Assembly (NCBI GenBank): GCA_043228905.1
Contig: JBHGNT010000004.1
Location: 22,692,001-22,756,000, forward strand
Direction of reading: 5' to 3'
DNA: 64,000 nt
Source of the DNA: Azolla caroliniana
Lineage: Eukaryota > Plantae > Polypodiophyta
The number at the start of each line of letters is the position of its first letter. Position 1 is the stretch's first letter. Positions 59,221 through 64,000 of this stretch are shown piece by piece. Under the pieces are notes generated by a model. The model ran no database searches, was not told the origin of the DNA, and saw only the letters and a program-made list of their open reading frames with translations. The position numbers were made by a program, and so were the translations under genes.

Positions 59221-62200
59221 TTAACTTTGCATGTCGATGACAATATGGAGAGTTTGCCATGCCGAGCTAAAGAACGAAAACATAATAGGCTTGTAGGATG
59301 AACTCATTGTTCATTTGGGATCGTGATAGAGATCCCTGCATATGCATAACCCAATGACATTTCGAGCCTTTTTATTCACGAAAATAACTCTACCCAACCC
59401 TCGTAGTTATAACTCTACATTGATGACTCGCCCACTTGGGCTTGGCTTGGACTCTTGACTTGTCAGCCATTAAGCATAAATATCAGCATTCAGTGATCTC
59501 ATTCCAAAGACAAATAGTACCGTTTTTACACAAATGTAACATGCATAAAGGCGAAACGCTTGGCAAATGCAACCTTTATATTTTTCAAGAACCTTGCCAA
59601 TGAGGAAAGAGATTTGGGGATTCGTAAAACCCCTTGTCAAAGTGCCAAAATCTCAAGAGTTTGCCCTATCATATTCCCAAAGTATTTAACATTTATAAAA
59701 CTCGATCCACATGACAAAGTAAATGTTGGTAAGTTATACATCGTTGTTGCTTATACTTTCTTCATTGTTTATCCTTGCAAAGGCATTTCATCATTTTTAC
59801 AACAACTCACCAAATTTGCCAATATAACTTATAGAAACATCCCATGTTGTGATATTAATGAGTGTATGAAATCTTTTGCCAAATTGGGCCTAGATTTGTC
59901 ATCCACACCATTCGATAATATATAATGAGTTTTCCGACACTAGTAAAGTGATTGATTGACTATAGCATTATCTCATGTAGATTGTGAGTATGATCTTTCA
60001 AAATCATTTTAACCTAGATTCATCAATCACTCTATTAGTCAATATATAAGGGACACACATCCTTACCAACAAACTAATTTGTTCTTCCTTTCCAAATTGG
60101 GGACTAGCTATTTGCATGGCAACATGTTTTTGATGTTTTATGGAGTGCAAAATAACATTGACATCTCTTTGGATTGTCTCCACTGCCACATTTTTGCATG
60201 GTTTTTAGACTTATCCTTAGATGGATCGTATTATGTGACTTTCACCCCTTGATCGCTACTTTTGTAACGTTATGGTAGTATGTTAAATATCAATAGGGTT
60301 CTCTTTCACTTTTTTGCATTAATGAAATAGAGGACACTATAAAATGCATGATTGCCCAAACAACCTATCAAATGAGCTACATATGTGTCGTCTCTAACAT
60401 TCTCTCCCTTGTTACCTTTTCCTTATGTAAGAGAATATAGAACATTTCTAACAATATATTAGCAACCACATACTAAAATCTTGGCTAACTTGTTAATGAC
60501 TAACAAACACATACCTACTATGATTAAGCTCTATATAAACTTGTGGGTTCCCCATTCTTGAGTTTATAATTGCGATAAATGACATCATCATATGATAATG
60601 GTGTCTAAAGGAAATTAGGAATGAGTTGCACTGAAGTGGAGTAGATAAATTTGAATGAAATAGAGCTGGAATGTATTTAGTTGAAATGTTGTGTCACAAT
60701 ATTCTTCCTAAATTAGCTCTTCTGACTTAACTTACAAATCATATGTTGCCTTAGTTATTTGTAAGTGACATTTCCCCAATAATTGTAACGGACATTTGCC
60801 TGATGCAGCTTTACAAGCAAACAAACCTTTTAGAGTACATTACTTTGTTCAAAGCCTGATCCACCCAAAAGTTTGAATGGATATTGATTAGTACCATATT
60901 TATGGTCACGACTTACAATAATGAAATGATATAGAAAAGTGTTGGAATCAGTATTCTCCTAAACATGATCTTAGACCAAATTTAGATTCAAGGTAGTTAT
61001 TAGAGCAATTATAACTTGGTGGCAATGACAAATATAAATATCTATTTGTCTTTTCTTTTCTGTATTTGAATACTGATGCAATGATTCACTTATTTAATGT
61101 TTTGTACAATTGGCTTGAATTCTCACTTATTCCTTTTCTCCCCTTCTCTTCCACCATTGATGCCATGCCTTATAGCTTTTATTAATTCTCTCTTACTAAT
61201 GCATAGGCCATTCATCATCGAGGATAAGAAAAAGTCCTTGCAAGTTATGACCTTACCCTTCATCGGCATCACCCTCAATACATGTTAGCAAAGTTCAAAT
61301 CTTTGCTAACTAGTAAGGTCAAGGATTTTTTGGGGAGGCCACATGGCAAGCACATAGTGAAAATGACCTGGGATAAAATGGTTGTAGGCCTCCCCACATC
61401 CTCTTTGTCTCTCTACAATACTAGAAGCAAGGTCATGATAAACCGTGGTAGATAGACACACGATAACTGTTACGGGCATCACCAAACTTTATCCACATGT
61501 ATAGAATACTATGATAAATTCTCACCACGGGATATTATCTGGTCATGCCCGTAACAATAACAATACATTCTACAAGTTGTCTCGATTAATTATATTAAGC
61601 AATCAAATTTGTTGGTCAAAGAAAAGTCAAAGTGAATTCTTTTTAGTTAGATATTCATTGTCCTAGCTTTCCCTCTCTAATGGATCACCTCGCTTCAGGC
61701 CAAACTAGATACTACAAAATATACATATACACACTTAAATACCTACAACTTGGATTATATATGTATAAGTGCATGTGAGATCAATGCTCTTTTAAGATGT
61801 TGAATTCTTACCCTAAGCTTCGGTGTAAACACCAACATAATAGGATTAATTTGATTAACCTAATTTTGGTCTTAAGTGTTTTATTCTATTACAAATGCAA
61901 GTCATGTGTCTGGATAGAATAACCAATCTCTTCCGATTAAAATTCAAGGAGAAATGCAAAATCTAGATGACTTGCTTGCTAATAAGTATTGTGTACGAAC
62001 CTAAGCATTTCATTGGAATAAATAAGAACTTTCTATGTTGCAATCGATCAAATGTCTCACTCAAAACACCCTTTGGGAGGTTATGTGAGATCTTGCTAGT
62101 AACATGAAGATCATAGCTTTGAGCCACCTACATGGGTCAAAAGTGTTCGTTTATCAAATTAACAATAGCCTAGATGGTTGTAACTTAGCTAGTAAAGTTG

Positions 62201-64000
62201 CTCAGTGCCTTCAACCTCTTCATTCTACAATGGCATATGGTAAAAGATTTGAACCCAAGTAAATAGGTTGGGAAAAAAGTTGGTGTAGCACTAGGGTATA
62301 ACCCTAATACAATGATCCTAAAACCGCACTATATGAAAGGTCATACAATGTACATTGCTAGAATATAGAAAGAGAACGGAAAATCAATCCAAAATATCAA
62401 CAATAGTGATTGTACTATTAACGATAATACACTATGATGTACAAGACTTCTCTCTCACACACTCTCCAAAATGACCAACGCCTTACCAAGCCATGTGTTT
62501 CTTTTGCACATACTTTTGACTTGGGGTTCATACTATTCCAACCAATCTAGCCTTCCCCTCTAGTGTTCTAGATACAAAAATCTCCCATGAAAGTTTCAAA
62601 TTAGTAGTTTGCAATATCTATCTACTTCATTATTATGTAGATACAACATCATCACACACATGTAGCATCCTTATAATGGGCAAATACAATGATCAATGAT
62701 CCATATTCACGTAACTTGCGATCCATGATCCTCATTAACTTGGAACAAAGGTGGAAATGGGTAGCAAAGAGGGCCTTGATAAGTGTATTTGGTCTTAGAA
62801 GTACGGGATGTATGACAATTCCTAATGCTTTGAATTAGCTTCATAATAAATTGTAATTGGACATTTCAAACTCTTGCCAAGTGGAGAGATGTTAGTACTC
62901 AATGACAGAGCACTAATGTTGTTATTCAGGTATTTCGTAAGTACCTAACATTTCATTTCTCTTCCATTGCATAGAGAATCTTACTTCCCATTATCAGACA
63001 ATGAATAAAATGCATGCATTCTATCTATTATAGGACAAAACTTCAAACCTAGGATATTCACAACTTTTTTCATTTCAAGTGGGTCAATATTTTACACAAT
63101 GTATGGTTTATCTTTCTTTCGAGTCTTCATAAGCATAACCTTTCTTTTCTAGGCATTGGGATTCAACATCAAACCTACAATAAATGCATAACTTTTCAAG
63201 GACATTCACAAATTTTTGTGCATCTTTTAAAGCATTTGCCAAAAGAACCCTATCATTTGCACATAACAAAACCATCATTAACACATTTCCAAGGGTAAAA
63301 TCTTCAATGCCTTCTTGGTATAAATTTGTTGACCATTAAATTTTTATCTATCAAATACATAAAGCAAAGAGAGTTGGCAAGTGTGCGCAATAGAAGTGAT
63401 GTTTTTAAAATTTTCATCTTTCACACGTGGACAATATATCACATTCTTGTAAACGCTAGAAATTTTAAAAACATAGGTTCACTCAATACCTTGATTTTTT
63501 CAACGTGTCCCCCAAGATGATCATGGGCCATCATACATGAAAATTTCTTGAAGTTTATGAAACAATAATGTAATCCTTCACATCTCATTTTTGGAAAAAA
63601 AATAAAAATCCTTCACATTTCAAACTACCTTCCCGCAAGACTTAAAGAGTGACAAGTTGTCAATAGTGCTATGATAACTTTGAAACAAGCTTGCCATATG
63701 CCTTCTTTCTATTCTCTTCAACCCATGCCCTAGCTTTTCTTACATTTGTCAGCTAGTAGTTTACACTAAATATTATAACTCCCTCTTTACGGTAAACATT
63801 TGACCAAATTTGTACTCCAAGCATAAAGCATGCTATCTTAGAATGCACAAGGAAACATATATGTAATCTATCCTTTCATTTGTTTAACTTGTCATTCTGG
63901 TCTCTGTAACCTAAAGTGATTGTAATCCTCTTTGTTGCTTGATTGATCACATAAATTCTTAAAATGTATATACAAGCTCAGAAGACTAAAGTTACCATAA

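Noticed and set aside
58118-59301. Plus-strand ORFs over and upstream of the DUF538 gene, and the Lys-rich ORF 58779-59111
   Set aside because: Antisense shadows of the real CDS, or translations of TTC/GA microsatellites.

Overview
Eukaryotic land-plant nuclear DNA; the gene families and the retrotransposon lineages suggest a non-seed plant such as a fern (inference). Two intronless host genes, a membrane-anchored plant-specific unknown protein at 6042-7811 (+) and a DUF538 protein at 58055-58510 (-), flank AT-rich, CpG-poor spacer. Between them lies a ~37-kb (16.3-53.4 kb) nest of retroelements: a LINE, four Ty1/Copia remnants, a self-priming Tcn1/Tf1-type chromovirus remnant, and at least seven insertions of one GC-rich non-chromovirus Ty3/Gypsy family. 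That family is the main discovery candidate. It has TGTCG...CGACA LTR ends and an 18-nt tRNA-Trp primer-binding site. Its Gag-protease ORF is separated from RT-RH-INT by a -1 slippery site followed by a predicted pseudoknot. Its target duplications are 4 bp rather than 5 bp, and all seven visible target sites have a central CpG (NCGN). An autonomous-type member (B) co-occurs with several non-autonomous subfamilies (A, C, solo LTR) that share its cis signals but encode only a highly diverged capsid-like Gag. The two halves of the nest appear to be fused at a rearrangement breakpoint near 37498. Most short ORFs in 21-50 kb are antisense or alternative-frame shadows of GC-rich element DNA.
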